Below are positions 1-36,200 of a DNA stretch of 64,000 nucleotides, piece after piece. The stretch's first letter is position 1. Each line of letters begins with the position of its first letter. Source of the stretch: Hormiphora californensis (Eukaryota; Animalia; Ctenophora); contig CM035361.1 of the NCBI GenBank assembly GCA_020137815.1, positions 434,001-498,000 of the forward strand, given 5' to 3'. A model generated the notes under the pieces. It was not told where the DNA came from. It ran no database searches and saw only the letters and a list, made by a program, of their open reading frames with translations. A program made the position numbers and the translations under genes.

Positions 1-129
1 CCAGATGAAGATACCATAACGATATTAAACTAGGGATCGATTAAATACATCGCGGGAGTGAACTCAGCTACCCACATCTGCTTAGTTTGACATTGTAGTG
101 GGGCGACGGAGAAATTAGGAGGGAAAGAA

Positions 130-385
<256 letters not shown>

Positions 386-1331
386 ACAATCCTGAAGAGC
401 CTGTATTTCTATGGACACCAGCTGTGTCCCCTATTGTTCCGCCCTTCCATCAATAACCTATAGTATATTTCATTGAAACTACTCTTTTGCAATATCCGTT
501 ATTGTTATTGTTATTAGAAATTGCCGATCCGAGCATTCTATATTTTGAAGTTTTAGTTATTAGTATTCGTTAATCATAATAGGCAATAGCTCGTTTTATT
601 TAGAGTTGGTAGCGATAGAAACACTAAACTATTTAGGAGGTATATGGGTGCGGTCCTTTGGTGGGGAAACAGATTCATCTCGAGATAAACGGAGAGAGCT
701 AGAGATGGGGGAAGAGAGGTAAAGATTAAAGAAAAGTAGAGAGACATGGACGTAAAGAAATGGATGCATTAAGAAACATATATATCGTTTGACAAGCAAT
801 ATAAAACCTTTTAGCTTCACGTCGCTGAGACAGTATATAAATTCTTGAAAGTTCATTTGTACATAAAACTATATATTGAAACTTTTCAGCCCATACGGTT
901 GTTGCACAATAAATAATGCATTCTGTGGTTGAGAGGATTCCGGCCTTAAAAAGTAAAATTGTTTTTCGCATATATATTAGTTTCAAGGAACGGAGTGGAC
1001 AATTCATAATGCATTATAGGAGGGGGGGGGGGCATACGACCATCAAAAAATTGTAGATAGTTTCAATTTCCTTTCAAGTATGTATACGACCATCAACATT
1101 CAAATCTTAACTGGTAGAACACAGTTCCCCTCCCTCACTGGAAGTTTACTGGTAGATACAGTACAGTGCGTCTAAAGTGTGCATGGAGGGGTGGAGTGCC
1201 AAGAGGCGGATGTACCATATTTCGTGTGACAGCTTAGAAAAGAGGATGGAGGGATAGAAAGAAAGGGAGAGAGAAAGGGAGACGAAAGGGAGGGGGAGGA
1301 AACGAGAGAGAGATAGAGGTAAATTATATGC

Positions 1332-1365
<34 letters not shown>

Positions 1366-2017
1366 AACTAGAACTGTAGTTAACTCGTACTGCAAGCTTG
1401 TTTATTGCACACCTTGCGTAAGTATAATTTCGAATTAGAATTGTTTCGAGTTATAAAATAATGAACAGATTTCTTGTTTTTAGCCTCTATACTAATGATC
1501 ACCTCATTTTGCATTCTTAGAGCATCAACCGTAATATCCTAATACAAAGGGGGTATAATTAAAGCACCATGACAATTATTACAGTGGGGGTATAACTAAT
1601 GCACCATGACATTTACAGTGGGGCTAGATCCCTCTAATAGTCTTTGAGATCTTTTGTAATTTTAATTTGGTACGCATTTTGAATGGCACAATTATGCATC
1701 AAAGAATTTTCAGAATATAGACCACCTATGTATTATATTGATCAAAGTATTCAATACCTTTTTATTGCCTGCTTTATCCTTGAATAAACTAAATTAATAC
1801 GTCACTATAATATACGCTCCTTTTGTTAATTTCAAACAAAGCTTTTACTCTGGCTTTGTGTTACTGTTAGTATCTAAGCGCATTATATTGGAACGCCATA
1901 ATTTTCTAGGATAATTCTCAACACAATATATTGCATTTTTGAAGGTTTGATTGTATTTTGTTTTAGTTCCAGCTCAACTGTATGAAGCCCAAAATGTTAC
2001 AAGACACATGAGAAGTC

Positions 2018-4685
2018 ATGTCCAGATCAGGAACGTTCACTTTCCAAATCGGTAATTTGTTTGAACTTAGTATTTGCTGGTATAATATACTTTATCATTG
2101 CCAAATTGTTTTTTGGCCTGGAATTAGCTTTGTGGAGATCAGATATCAGGATCAAGTGTGGGTGGAATTTGATACGTCATTAAGCTGCAACTCTCAGTTT
2201 TCACATGAGAATAAAGATCGGGCCACATCAATCACAAACATCACATGAGGTTCTATGAGGGCGTATCATAAACCTGATCAAACTAAAATATTTACAATTT
2301 ATTGTCTTATCTTTCTTTTCATTTCGCAATTCACATGGTCACAATGTCAGGCCAATGCTCTGACCACAGTTCTCACTCGAAATGAGAATAAGGGTTAGGC
2401 TGAAATGCTCTGACAGAGGTCACATGACACACATACACACACACTCATTACAGTCGGACCCCGATTTACCGGGCCCCGATTTACCGGAACCCCGATTTAC
2501 CGGGAGGATAAACTTCCCCCGGTATAGGAAATTAACAGTATTTCACCCCGATATACCGGGCACCCCGATTTACTGGGTAAAATCCTTTCCCCCGAGCATC
2601 CCGGTAAATCGGGGTCCGACTGTACTTCCACTATGCTCCATTCAACTCAGCCTATGGACCTCAAATTTCCAAAAGTTTATCATTGAATCTCTCTACGATT
2701 CTCTCATCACCCATCACCCATCTACCTATCTCTTCATACACCCCCCCCCCCAGATCTCTCTACCAATCTCTCTTCATATATACTCCCCCCCCCCCCCAGA
2801 TCTCTAGATACCAATCTCTCTTCATATACCACCCCCCCCCCCCCCCCCAGATCCTGATGTGGGTGACCCCATGGATCGACTGCGGAGTGATCCCCTCCTC
2901 AGACCTCTCCTTGACGATCTGTGTCAGTGGCTAAGGAGACTTTTAGGCATCGACATCTCAGCCAATAACTTCACCAGTAAGTATTGTGATTATTCGGCCA
3001 AGCGGCGCTTATACCAGCGCTTAAATTTCAATTTGCGAACCGAAGTGATCGAAAAGTAAAATGATTATCCTCTCTTACCTTTATATATTTCCACAGTTCC
3101 CCTGGCGTCGGGTGCAGATCTGTGTCGTCTGGCGGAGGCTATTGCATCTGCCGCATCCAGCAGGGGTCTCAAGTGCCCCGGGTTAAAGTACAAGCCCAAT
3201 GCAATCCCCGGATCCTTTCAGGCACGCTGCAACATAGGTTCGTGTTAAACATTGATTTACCTACTCAGTGGCCCATGAGATCCAAAATAGAACTAAAGGG
3301 AGTATTAAACCCCTCATATCCCTTCCAAATTCACAAATTTAAAGATCTCCTAAATCAATATGGTTGTTTCAGATCGCAAGATCGAAACATTTGTTTGTAA
3401 ACCAACGTGTTTCTATTTGTTGATCCCCTAAATCGAAAAACGCATTTTCCCATCCCTTTCTCAATTACACTACATACTTCAATCAACTAATTATTTAGAG
3501 GCGTTTGTGAAATGGGCCAAATCACTGGGAGTCAAAGAGACCTGCCTGTTCGAGACTGTTGATATTGTGGAAAGGAAATATCTGAGGAATGTGCTTATCT
3601 GCCTACTTGAAGTATCAAAGTAAGCAACCATCCCTCTCCTTCCATAATATGAATCTTCGGTATGAAAAACTCTCATAGGCCATTTTCGGGGAAAGGGAAT
3701 GTACAATTTCAAAACACACCTTCTCCAGGAAAGCGGATGTACTGTACGGTGTTGAACCCCCTGAGCTTGTCAAGCTAGAGAAGGATACCAGTTTGAGTTG
3801 GCAAGACCTCATTAAACTGAGTATGAGGAGGACTTCAACTGACACTGCAATGAGCGTGGCTGCCATTAGACGGGTAAATATAACACATTGTTGACTGCAG
3901 TCTCCCTGTTATGGAGACCGGTGGGAGAGATCTGCAGGCAGCAGTTGATACGCTCCATAGTAATTATAGTGGGTACCCCATCTCGCGACTACCCCCACCC
4001 CCGTAGAAAGACGAAACCTACTATGATATACTGTATGATACCACAATCCCACAATCAAAGATAGTGGGATACCCTTTACTAGTGATAAAATGATACCACA
4101 ATCTCCCAATCAGGCGGTTGGTATGATGCAGAAAGAGAGTGGAGATGCAGATCTGAAGGCTCTGGTGACCATGTGGAAGAGGGGAACCAAATTGAAGTTG
4201 AAGTATGAACCAGCAAACTCAACTGATATTGTTCAACTGAAACAAGAAATAATTAGATTTCAGTTCCACCTTAAAGCTTGATGACCCTGGCCAAACAAAA
4301 TAACACTGATTTCAGATCAAAAGGAGTTGCCGTTTCCGATGACCCTGATAGGATTCTAGAAGATTCAGCCAGCACCGACTCTACCACCGGCCCAGAATCT
4401 GAATTCTCTGAGGGTCCTGCGTCTGAGGCAGGGGACTCAGCACCACCGGGGGTACCTGAGGTGTCTATATCTGGGCCATCTGAGGGTCTCTTCACCTCCC
4501 CGACCCAACCTGCTACCATTGCATCTGTGCTGGAGACTCTGGGTGGTTCAGGGGGAGGGGTGGAAGTGGTTGTACCTGGTGTTGATACCGAGGAGGAGGT
4601 TAGTGGAGTGGAGAGATTATTAAATTAACTAGGGAGAGAGCCGGGTGAGGTGGTTACTTTAACTAGAGAGAGAGGGAGAGAGAGA

Positions 4686-4771
<86 letters not shown>

Positions 4772-5334
4772 AAGAATGTCGGGTATGGTTCTCTTATTGC
4801 ACGTCTCTCTCTAGGTCATTGTGGCTGGGGTAACATCAGAAGAGCTAGACCAGACAGTCCTGGTGGAAGGAGTCACCTCCTCAGAAATGGAGGAAACTGT
4901 ACTGGTAGATGGAGGGTTACTGGCTGATGATACCCTAGTACTGGAGGAGGGTGGAGGGATCAGTGCACACGATATAAACAGCTCCAAGAATACCACCAGT
5001 GTGATCGATATCACCTCCACCATGGTAGTTGAAGACCTGCCAGATGAGGGAGGTGCGTATGTGATATCCAATGAGCCAGTGGTGAGGATGGAGCAGATGG
5101 TAGCGGTCCATGCCGAACCAGACCCACCCCCTCCTACTGCAAGGAAAGGGTCGGAGAAATCAGGAGTAAAATCAGTTAACTTGGCTGGCAAGATTAAAGA
5201 GAAGATGGACAAAAGGTGAGTCAGTGTGCCGTACTTTAGTAAACGAACTTTACACTCTCTATGCGAGAAATGGTCAGCATGATGCCTGACAGGCTACACT
5301 TTTTCGTTTATCTCAATTCAGAAATGACAATTAA
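2018..5334 (+). CDS. GAS2-like calponin-homology (CH) domain protein, multi-exon; 3' end uncertain
   Basis: Spliced exons (about 2018-2051, 2851-2976, 3096-3237, 3499-3619, 3729-3872, and later ones) give LDDLCQWLRRLLG..GADLCRLA..GSFQARCNIEAFVKWAKSLGVKETCLFETVDIVERKYLRNVLICLLEVSK..YGVEPPELVKLEK, which matches the GAS2-family CH domain. Acidic low-complexity exons follow; no GAR domain is seen. Confidence 0.8.
2451..2622. mobile_element. MITE, Tc1/mariner-pogo type (TA-flanked)
   Basis: TIRs CAGTCGGACCCCGATTTACCGG / CCGGTAAATCGGGGTCCGACTG with TA on both sides and internal CCCCGATTTACCGG subrepeats. A related degenerate copy lies near 7880-8067. Confidence 0.85.
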
Positions 5335-5348
5335 AACTCTTCCTCCAG

Positions 5349-6079
5349 GAACAAGGTGAACAAAGTGGTGGACAAAGTACTTCTGGTGGATATCAGCGGG
5401 TATTGGACATGCCAGATGATGATGATTACTCAGCAGCTGGTAACCATGGTAACATGGATGGTAACCATGGTAACAAGGATGGTAACCATGGTAACAAGGA
5501 TGGTAACCAAGGAAACGAGGATGCGCTATCTGATGATGGGGAAGGTGGAGGAGTTGGTTGGTGCTTTGCTCTCTGTTATCCAGCAATCCCTGCTAAACAT
5601 ACACCCATTGGACCATCAGAAAGTAAGAATTTTGTAAAATGAGACTTTTCAGCCATGTCTGATCAAAGAAAGGGTCAAATGTCAATGATCGTCGTTTTCT
5701 GTAACGTTCTATTTCCCCCTCAGTGAAAGACCTCAACCGAAAACGCAATGTCTACCTTGCACTGGGTATAATCTGTCTCCTAATCGGCATTGCCCTTGGA
5801 GTTATCTGTGGTGTCATGAACCCGGAGTCGGGTTATATCAATCTCTCCTGGTTCTACTTTTATCTTATCTTTTCATTTGCCCTGCTCTTCCTCATCATCG
5901 GTAAGTGCATTCTTTGTGTTGCTCCTTCATCAAAACTTTTCTCACTCCATATAGTAGGGTGCTGCAATGCTCCTTTATCACAACTTTTAAATTTTCTCAT
6001 TGTAGGTTGTTCATTGATTGCCGTGTATGTGGTCCAAGAATGGGAGCTTCGCTACAGGAAAACGCCTTCGAGCGGATGA
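5349..6079 (+). CDS. Exons encoding GNHGNKD repeats and two predicted transmembrane helices (C-terminal isoform of the CH gene, or a separate small gene)
   Basis: Phase-compatible exons at about 5349-5622, 5724-5900 and 6007-6079. Hydrophobic stretches VYLALGIICLLIGIALGVICGVM and LSWFYFYLIFSFALLFLIIGCSLIAVYVV; stop at 6079. Confidence 0.6.
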
Positions 6080-6886
6080 TGGACCATCGTACGGAACACT
6101 TGGATAATTTTATGAAGGAGCATACTGATCTAATATTATTTATGAAGGAGCACGGTAGAGTATCACTGTGTATACATATTTGTGGAAGATAGATGGTTTT
6201 TGGTTTAAAATGAAATGAGACGACACTTATATTTTCCAGAATTCTAAGCTTGATTTTTTCTTTTTTTTTCTTGAGGTTGCAAAATGATTTCATGTTTTAA
6301 CAAATTTGAAAAATTCTATGACCATTTTCCAATGTTCAAATTTTTGTTTTCATTTGCCAAAATCTCTTGAGACATCATCATAGATTTGCCTGCCTTGATA
6401 ATTTACCAGACTGCATCATCTTTTCGAGAATTCCCAACCTCGAAGTTAAAAATAAAAGAGAGAGCCAACCGGAACCACAATCTATAATGGATACATGTTT
6501 CCCACTAAGCGCTCCGCCTATCGGTGGACATCTAAACGATGGTTACAACTCTTCTCTCATTAGTTCTTTACGTGTTGCACAGCTATTACAATTTTTATAT
6601 CACTTTGTACATAATACGTTATAGCACAATCTTGAAATAGTAGATCATTTTTCAACATTATACTTTTGTATTTAGAAATCGTTTACAGCACATTTACTAT
6701 CTTAGTCTGAATTATTTTACTCCTGTTTGGCCCAATGAACTGTTGGTACCTTTCAATACACTGCAGAGATAAAGGTGGAACACACCTGCCTTCAGATCTC
6801 AACAGTATATATATAACAGCGCTATAGGACCCTCTAGAAAACCAGTGCCAATATTCATTGAGTGTTACTCAACAAGTGTCGATATA

Positions 6887-7799
6887 CTAGGCTGTCCAGT
6901 AAATAATTTCGTTGGGCTTTTCTGGGAAAATGGTTTAAGATAGAGCAAAATGGACTTCACCACTGTTTTTAGCACTCGATTTTGTATCGGAATATAATGC
7001 CTGATATCGGAATGTGGTTGTTCTCGGTTCCCACGAGGCCTCTTTCTATACCCCACTCTCGTTGCTGCTGCATATGGAAAATCGCGATTTTCAAGTTTTA
7101 GTACTAAACCTGCTGTACTTCTTGAAATTGTACATCGAGTGATGTTTTGTTGCATCAAGCTTGTTCATTAGACAATTATCTTTCGTTTGAGATGTAATAA
7201 AAGATCCTATCTTTATTTTTCACTGAGCAATGGGCTTCCAAAAAATTTTGGTCAAAGTTAGAAACTTTCACTTCCGGGTCTTATCAGGATTGGCTTATAA
7301 TCAAAAACTCTGCAGTAAAAGTTAGTTCTAAGTCAGTTCTAAGACGTAGTGAACCAAATTATGTGATTGGTTGACTTAAAAAGTTAGTTATTGATGTTTT
7401 CAAAAATACCCGTAAAACAGGCCCAATTTTTTTGCACTTTGACGCTTTTTCATGTTACATTAACTGTTCTAGAGGTTATAAGTCAACACATAGAGCCTAA
7501 AATCGCAAACATAGCTCATCCTTAGACAATTTGCTATCGATTAAGCACCATAGGAGCTAAAAAGACTGAACCAGTTTTCATAGGGCAGCGTTTAGAAAAC
7601 TTTGGTAACCCCGTGCAGCAGCAACAAAAGTGGGGCAGAGAAAATAGCCTGCTGGGAACCGAGAACAACCACATACCGATATCAGGCATTGTATTCCGGT
7701 TCAAAATCGAGTGCTAAAAACATTGGTGAAGTCCATTTTGCTCTATCTTAAACCATTTTCCCAGAAAAGCCCAACGAAATTATTTACTGGACAGCCTAG
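6887..7799. mobile_element. Non-autonomous DNA transposon with ~190-bp inverted arms, TA-flanked
   Basis: CTAGGCTGTCCAGTAAATAATTTCG... is mirrored by ...CGAAATTATTTACTGGACAGCCTAG; TA on both sides; no ORF. Confidence 0.85.
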
Positions 7800-9025
7800 T
7801 ATTAGATGTTGATCTGAATTTCTCTGTATTTCTTTTAAAAACGTGGTACAACGCTCCAGGATCCAGGTGCTGCTGCTGGGTGTCAAACCTCGATTTACCG
7901 TAATATAGGATGTTTGCACATGGTTTACAATCTTGACTCGTTAATCAGACTGTTTCGTCCGGCCTCTGTGGCTCCGTATGAAAAATACAAGGAATACATT
8001 GAGGTGCGTGGTTAATCGAGGTGACATAAACTGATTGATCCGTCCGGTAAATCGAGGTTTGCCTGTAACTTGAGAGATATGCTGTATGTATGCTCTTGTT
8101 GAGTTAGTATGCTCCTAATGTCTTTAGTCATGATGCTAGGTATTGCATTTTAATAGCTCATCTCATATGACATCATTTGGCTTGGGATCCTTCTTCGTGC
8201 TCGAATCGGACCTATATTTTGGTGTTTTAATTTTACATATCATCGGTATAAACGATTTTTCGGACTTTTTCTAACCTATCGACCTACTGACGGTTTAGAT
8301 ATCCTTGTCTTGTTCAAACTCTCCTGTCTACTGCCTGGCCAATGCTCTACTAGCACCCCTCTTTGAGAAACAACAGCTGTACAATGATATATTCATGTTG
8401 TCATAGTAGATGAGCTTTTAAGAGCAGTCTTTTGTAATTTTGATAAGCATTTCGTCATCCTATAAACCTTCGCAAACCATATGGATAACTCTCGCTCACA
8501 GCTTTCGAAATACATCTGCATAATTGTCTATATCACGTAGTGTAGGATGAGTACAGCATATCATTCATTGCCTTATTATAAATGGACCCCATTTCATCGA
8601 TATATATTACCACTGTGAGCTCCCCATTCTACAACTTGTAATGATAAAGAACAAAATAAAATTGTTATTTATTTCGGTTCCAAAGTAATGAGATTCAAAT
8701 CTCAAATGATTTGTACCCTACAACTATTTCTTTATTTGTTATCCCTTTTGATTTGTTATCCTTTTATAAATTGGTGTCCGTAATTTCGTTTTCTTTCGGC
8801 TAGGCCACTGGCCAAAGCCTTAATTTTTCCTGGGCTTATTGAGAGAATTTAGTTTGATCATTTCAAAAATCAAGAATTTAGAGCCATTAATATTAGAGAA
8901 ACCGCAATGTAGTAATTTACATTGCATCTGGCTCCCCTAGTTAGAGGCCTAAATGTCATGACCTATATCCTGCCTGACAGATGTTAAACTGATCCTGATT
9001 TCGTTATTTGAGCCTATTAAAAGTA

Positions 9026-9569
9026 ATGAACGGTACACTCAACTACACCGATTGGGACGACTTCGACGACGATTCATTCTACAATGTCACATCCCTCAAC
9101 ACCTCTCTGGCACCCGACCCTACAACTCTCTCATCAGCTGCAGGTCTCCCTCCTGTCTCCTGGGATGCGCTCCGTGTTGCCATGACAACCTACACAGGGA
9201 CCTGTTTTCTGTTGGGGTTCTGTGGTAACTTGTTCGCCCTGGTTACATCCCATCTGTACCATTCGATAGACTTGGACTGTGTTACTATAATCTTTGTGAG
9301 GCAGTTAGCTATTGCGGATCTGATGCAGGTAGGAAAGAGGAAGGGAGAGAGATGGAGAGAGAGATGGAGAGAAAGGGTAAGAGGAAGGGATAGAGTGAGA
9401 TAGTGCTAAATGAATTCCTTCGTGTTAAAAGGTTGCATGGTATAAAGAAGTAAATTATTAGAGAAGCTTTGCGATCGAGGAACATTTTTCGGCACGTTAA
9501 ATATCGAGGTTCATTGGTTAGAAAATTAATAGAGCGAGGGTAGGGGAGTGGAGAGAATATTAGAAAGAG

Positions 9570-9644
<75 letters not shown>

Positions 9645-12194
9645 AATTCAGAGGCCTTTCTAGACAGGTGCTGAGTTGCTAGCCCTATCTAAATACAGGT
9701 CAAGACAGGTGCAAACACTGTACTGAGAGAATATCAGTAGCACAAAACTTTTAATCATTACCCTACACCACGTACAACTACATCAATCGAACACCAATCG
9801 CTCAACCACTTTTGGACATTACCCCTAACTATTTTCAGATCATCAATACAGCCCTGCCCACCCTGATCAGCCTCCTACATGGTCGGTGGATACTAGGAGA
9901 TCTACTTTGTGACGTCACTGCTCACTTTAACTTTATTCCCGTAATGGTTAATATCTACCTGGTCCAGTTCATGTCCCTCTTTAAAATCCTGGCATGTGTG
10001 GCCCCTTTCAGGTTGGAATTGAGTTCGTACTTTCTGTTACCATGGGAACAATGTGACAATTATAATAAAGGGAGGGAAGGGATTTCATGGTGGTTTTGTG
10101 GGAATTATGGGAGTGTGGCTGAGAAACTTTCTCAAGAAAGGGAAGACTGAAATAGAAGTTGCACGTGTATTGATAACCAGAGACTCCATGGACACGTGCA
10201 CCCTCTATGAGAACCATATCAGAGAGATAATTCTCTAACTCTTTCTCTCCCATGACGTTTTTCTTAGAAATATCATAGAAAGATCTACTCTGTGGTTATA
10301 ATCTATAGATCACAGATCTTGTGGGTTATGATGTACAGGATAATGATAACTTGTTAAATCGGTTTCCTGGCAATCATGTGGTTTCCACTCGCGAAGGCCG
10401 AAACTCACATACCATAATAGACGGGTGGGATGGAAGATAATCCTAGTGTGGCTCACATCGTCATTTCATTTGGTTCTGTAGATCAAGGAAATCCTAGAAA
10501 GTAGAACTGAAATTCCTCTCCCAACTTGTTGAGTAACCCCTTCTATCTGCTATCATCAATAGAACTCCTGGAGTCCATCTTCCTGGCTAAGAAGGGGTTC
10601 TGGGCTCCCCCTGTCTCAAGATGTCTTAGCATGATCTATAGAACACACTCTAAACTGATGATGTGGAACGCTATCATACCCGTAATTAACAAGCACATCA
10701 AATATCCACATTTCCCTTTGTAAAACAATCAATGGGGGGGGGGTCACGTTAATTTTGTTAATTAACATCGTGACTACCCCCCCCCCCCAGCTCAACTACA
10801 CGCAAAAAATAATCTAGACCCGACCGGCGACCACCCTCGGTCCCTATCTAGTGACCCCTAATAATTAATATGACCCCCAGTCTCTCCCTAGTGACCCCCA
10901 TCTCTCTCCAGGTTGGTGTACCCATTCTCTCTATCATCATCTCCAACATTGCCATCTACTGTGTCGTAAGGAGAGTTCTGAATCAACGGAAAAGCACCAG
11001 CGGTTCAAGGTACAGTCTAGGTTTTATTTTAGCCAGAATAAACTGATACGATGTCATCCAGAACATGGCATTTGATAATTGATCAGGGAAAGTTTTACTG
11101 AACTCGGGGAGGTGGGTTGAAGCATCAGAAAATTGTCACAAATTCTAATCCTTCTTCTAATCTACGTCTCCCCTGCAGGGCTCTGGTGACGGTTTGTGCA
11201 GTATCAGGACTCTTTGTTCTCAGTTGGACCCCTAAACTGATATACGTGGCAGCTGTTAACATAAACCATAACCAGCCAGTGTGGGCTGTTACCCTCTCAC
11301 ACTACTTCCCTTTTATCAACTCGGTACGTGATGTTTAGGCAAAACTCCCATTTATCGGACGGATCAACGGCTACTGCTGGGATCTGTGCCCTGATTACAT
11401 TTTAGTCTAAAAATAGAACTGTTTCAGAAGACTAACTGCTGCTGTGCTGGTTTTATTGCTGCCCGATATGCCATACTGTTATTGCTATAAGATATTCGTC
11501 AAAGCTGCCAAGACTCTGCCGGGAAACAGATATTGCTGATATGTTTCTGCTGTTTACCATCTTCCTAAGTCGCGTGAATGACAAGAAAAAACATGTAACA
11601 GATGCGCCTGATATGATAATGAAGTAAATATAATGCTAATATAATTCCTGAATACCCCCCTCCTAGGTTGGCAACCCCATCATCTACTGTTTCACCAACA
11701 AGAGATACAGCGAGTTTGTTTGGAAGCTGTTCACCGAGTTCCGTGTTACCACGGTAACAGCAACGAAATCAGCCTACAGTCGCCTAGCAACCAGTTCCAC
11801 AGGTCACACTAACGCTACCAAGGTAACCATGAGGCAGCAGACCAAAGAACAACAAGGCAGTAGTGTGAGGGCTGCTAGCAGTGTCACCAAGGAGCAACAA
11901 GGTAGTAGTGTGAGGGCTGCTAGCAGTGTTAACCAGGAGAGGAAACCTAGATTAGAGAGCGGATCTGAACCACCAATTACCGATCATCATGGGGAACTAA
12001 GCAGTCAGGAGAAACAGTTTGGATATCAGGCCATGGAGAGATCAGGGTCCAGGAAGGCAAGTCTGGCCCCTGTAGCTGAGTTCACAGTGCCACAGACACT
12101 AGAGATCTCCCTGCCGATCAATGACACTCCCCCAACCCCACCATCCACCTCGCCCCCACCCCTTGATGACTTTGAGATGCTTACTAGATGGTGA
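9026..12194 (+). CDS. Class A (rhodopsin-like) GPCR, multi-exon
   Basis: N-glycosylation motifs in the N-terminus; TM1 GFCGN; TM2 QLAIADL; GRWILGDLLC; TM5 VGVPILSIIISNIAIY; TM6 FVLSWTP; TM7 VGNPIIYCFTN. Exons at about 9026-9328, 9839-10011, around 10550-10680, 10912-11008, 11179-11323 and 11667-12194. Confidence 0.85.
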
Positions 12195-13003
12195 ACTAAC
12201 TAACCCGATCTGAGAGAGTACGCTGTATCTCGCTCAGATTCCAAAACAGAGTCCAGAAAGATGATGAATGATAGTAAAGATGACTAAATAAACACTTACA
12301 GATAGGAAGAGCTGATGATGATGAGATTAGAAAACAATTCACTGCTGCAGCTGTTATATCCCCTCTAAAGACTCTCTGAGAGGGATGCTTTGTTAGAAGA
12401 TCTGCCGAATCCAATGTAAAATGTTGATATTTAAAATTAGTGAAGTTCAGTTTACCTTTAAACTTAGTGTCTCAAATCAGTTCAATCTAACAGTTCTATT
12501 ACTCCAATACTCCGGTGTCTTGGTTATGTATAGATTGGTCCTCGCTCCTCCATAGCTATAACCCTGTATGAGATAGAGAACAGAGAAAGAGGGACTGATG
12601 AGGAGAGAAAGAGCAACATGCAAGGTACGTGCTTGAAATGAAATTTAGAGAAATTGGAGATCATAAACAGAGCACGTACCCCGCTTTCGAATAAAAAGAG
12701 AGTTATCTAAATTTGAAAACTAAATAATTTAAACATGAGAATACAGAATAAGTACAGAATAAAATGTGCTATTTGTTAATTAATCGCTAAAACTCTGGCT
12801 GATAACCAGCTAATTGTAAAAAACAAAGAGTCCTGATAACCTTCTCTCTCTCCTACAACAACGTCTTTGTTTAGAGCAACTGGCAAAACATGATCAATGA
12901 TCATTGATCATACCACATGATTGTTGTTTGTAGAGGGTGCTTGCCTTGCCCTTCCTTAACTTGTTGATAGAACCAAATCTTTTAATATCGAACCTCTAAG
13001 AGA

Positions 13004-13466
13004 CTAGTGTCTCCTGCCTGTGTTGTAATTAAACTTCATCTGTAGGAGGTACTTGACACGTATTTGGGACACATTGTACACAATGTACTCGTTGTATAAC
13101 AGTGCTCCTCTATTATCGCAATCCTCGACACCTGTAATGGAATTGTTTAAATGGACTTGTATTCTAGAAATGAAATACTAAGTTGGACATTTAACCATCT
13201 CTGGACTCTGGAGATCTAAGGACGCAGCAGCTGTGACCTATCTTTAGATAGATCCAGATGGAAATCTAAAAGAACTATGGTGAATGAGCTGCACTAACCT
13301 GGTCCAATAGGTACGACACACCCATTATCCAGTGTTGTAGACCCCGCAGGTGATGTCGCTCCACATCCCTTAGTGCTGTGTTTCCCCGGAGGTAACCTCT
13401 CCACATAGTGGGACCTATCATGCTCCCACATGTCACCCAGTGCTACCTCGCACAACAGCAGTAAAC
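13004..13466 (-). pseudogene. Duplicate copy of the two terminal PARP1 exons
   Basis: GLLLLCEVALG..GCVVPIGP and GVEDCDNRGALLYNEYIVY..NTGRRH* are repeated, with GT/AG sites intact. Confidence 0.6.
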
Positions 13467-13668
13467 CTGCAGGACAAGAGAGTTAGAAGTTAGCACATGT
13501 CACCCAGTGCTACCTCGCACAGCAGCAGTAAACCTATTAGAAGCACGTGTAATTATCGAACTAGATCATGTCTTGTTGTGGGACGTGAATCAGAGACATG
13601 TGGGAACCTTGAGCCCACAGGCCCTGGAAATTCTGGAAATATACGAATTCTAAAATAAATAAATAATA

Positions 13669-14187
13669 AACCCCATCATCTACTGTTTCACTAACAAGAG
13701 ATACAGCGAGTTTGTTTGGAAGCTGTTCACCGAGTTCCGTGTTACCACGGTAACAGCAACGAAATCAGCCTACAGTCGCCTAGCAACCAGTTCCACAGGT
13801 CACACTAACGCTACCAAGGTAACCATGAGGCAGCAGACCAAAGAACAACAAGGCAGTAGTGTGAGGGCTGCTAGCAGTGTCACCAAGGAGCAACAAGGTA
13901 GTAGTGTGAGGGCTGCTAGCAGTGTTAACCAGGAGAGGAAACCTAGATTAGAGAGCGGATCTGAACCACCAATTACCGATCATCATGGGGAACTAAGCAG
14001 TCAGGAGAAACAGTTTGGCGATCAGGCCATGGAGAGAGGCTCCAGGAAGGCAAGTCTGGCCCCAGTAGCTGAGTTCACAGTGCCACAGACACTAGAGATC
14101 TCCCTGCCGATCAATGACACTCCCCCAACCCCACCTTCCACCTCGCCCCCACCCCTTGATGACTTTGAGATGCTTACTAGATGGTGA
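13669..14187 (+). pseudogene. 5'-truncated duplicate of the GPCR last exon
   Basis: Starts at NPIIYC without the upstream splice acceptor present in copy 1. Confidence 0.7.
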
Positions 14188-15016
14188 ACTAACTAACCCG
14201 ATCTGAGAGAGTACGCTGTATCTCGCTCAGATTCCAAAACAGAGTCCAGAAAGATGATGAATGATAGTAAAGATGACTAAATAAACACTTACAGATAGGA
14301 AGAGCTGATGATGATGAGATTAGAAAACAATTCACTGCTGCAGCTGTTATATCCCCTCTAAAGACTCTCTGAGAGGGATGCTTTGTTAGAAGAGATCTGC
14401 CGAATCCAATGTAAAATGTTGTTATTTAAAATTAGTGAAGTTCAGTTTACCTTTAAACTTAGTGTCTCAAATCAGTTCAATCAAACAGTTCTATTACTCC
14501 AATACTCCGGTGTCTTGGTTATGTAGATTGGACCTCGCTCCTCCATAGCTATAACCCTGTATGAGATAGAGAACAGAGAAAGGGGGACTGAGGAGTGAAG
14601 TTCAGGGACTGGTGAGGAGAGAAAGGGCAACAAGGTACGTGCTTGAAATGAAACTTGGAGAAATTGGAGAAATTCATAAACAGAGCACGTACCCCGCTTT
14701 CGAATAAAAAGAGAGTTATCTAAATTTGAAAACTAAATAATTTAAACATGGGAATACAGAATAAGTACAGAATAAAATGTGCTATTTGTTAATTAATCGC
14801 TAAAACTCTGGCTGATAACCAGCTAATTGTAAAAAACAAAGAGTCCTGATAACCTTCTCTCTCTCCTACAACAACGTCTTTGTTTAGAGCAACTGGCAAA
14901 ACATGATCAATGATCATTGATCATACCACATGATTGTTGTTTGTAGAGGGTGCTTGCCTTGCCCTTCCTTAACTTGTTGATAGAACCAAATCTTTTAATA
15001 TCGAACCTCTAAGAGA

Positions 15017-36200
<21,184 letters not shown>

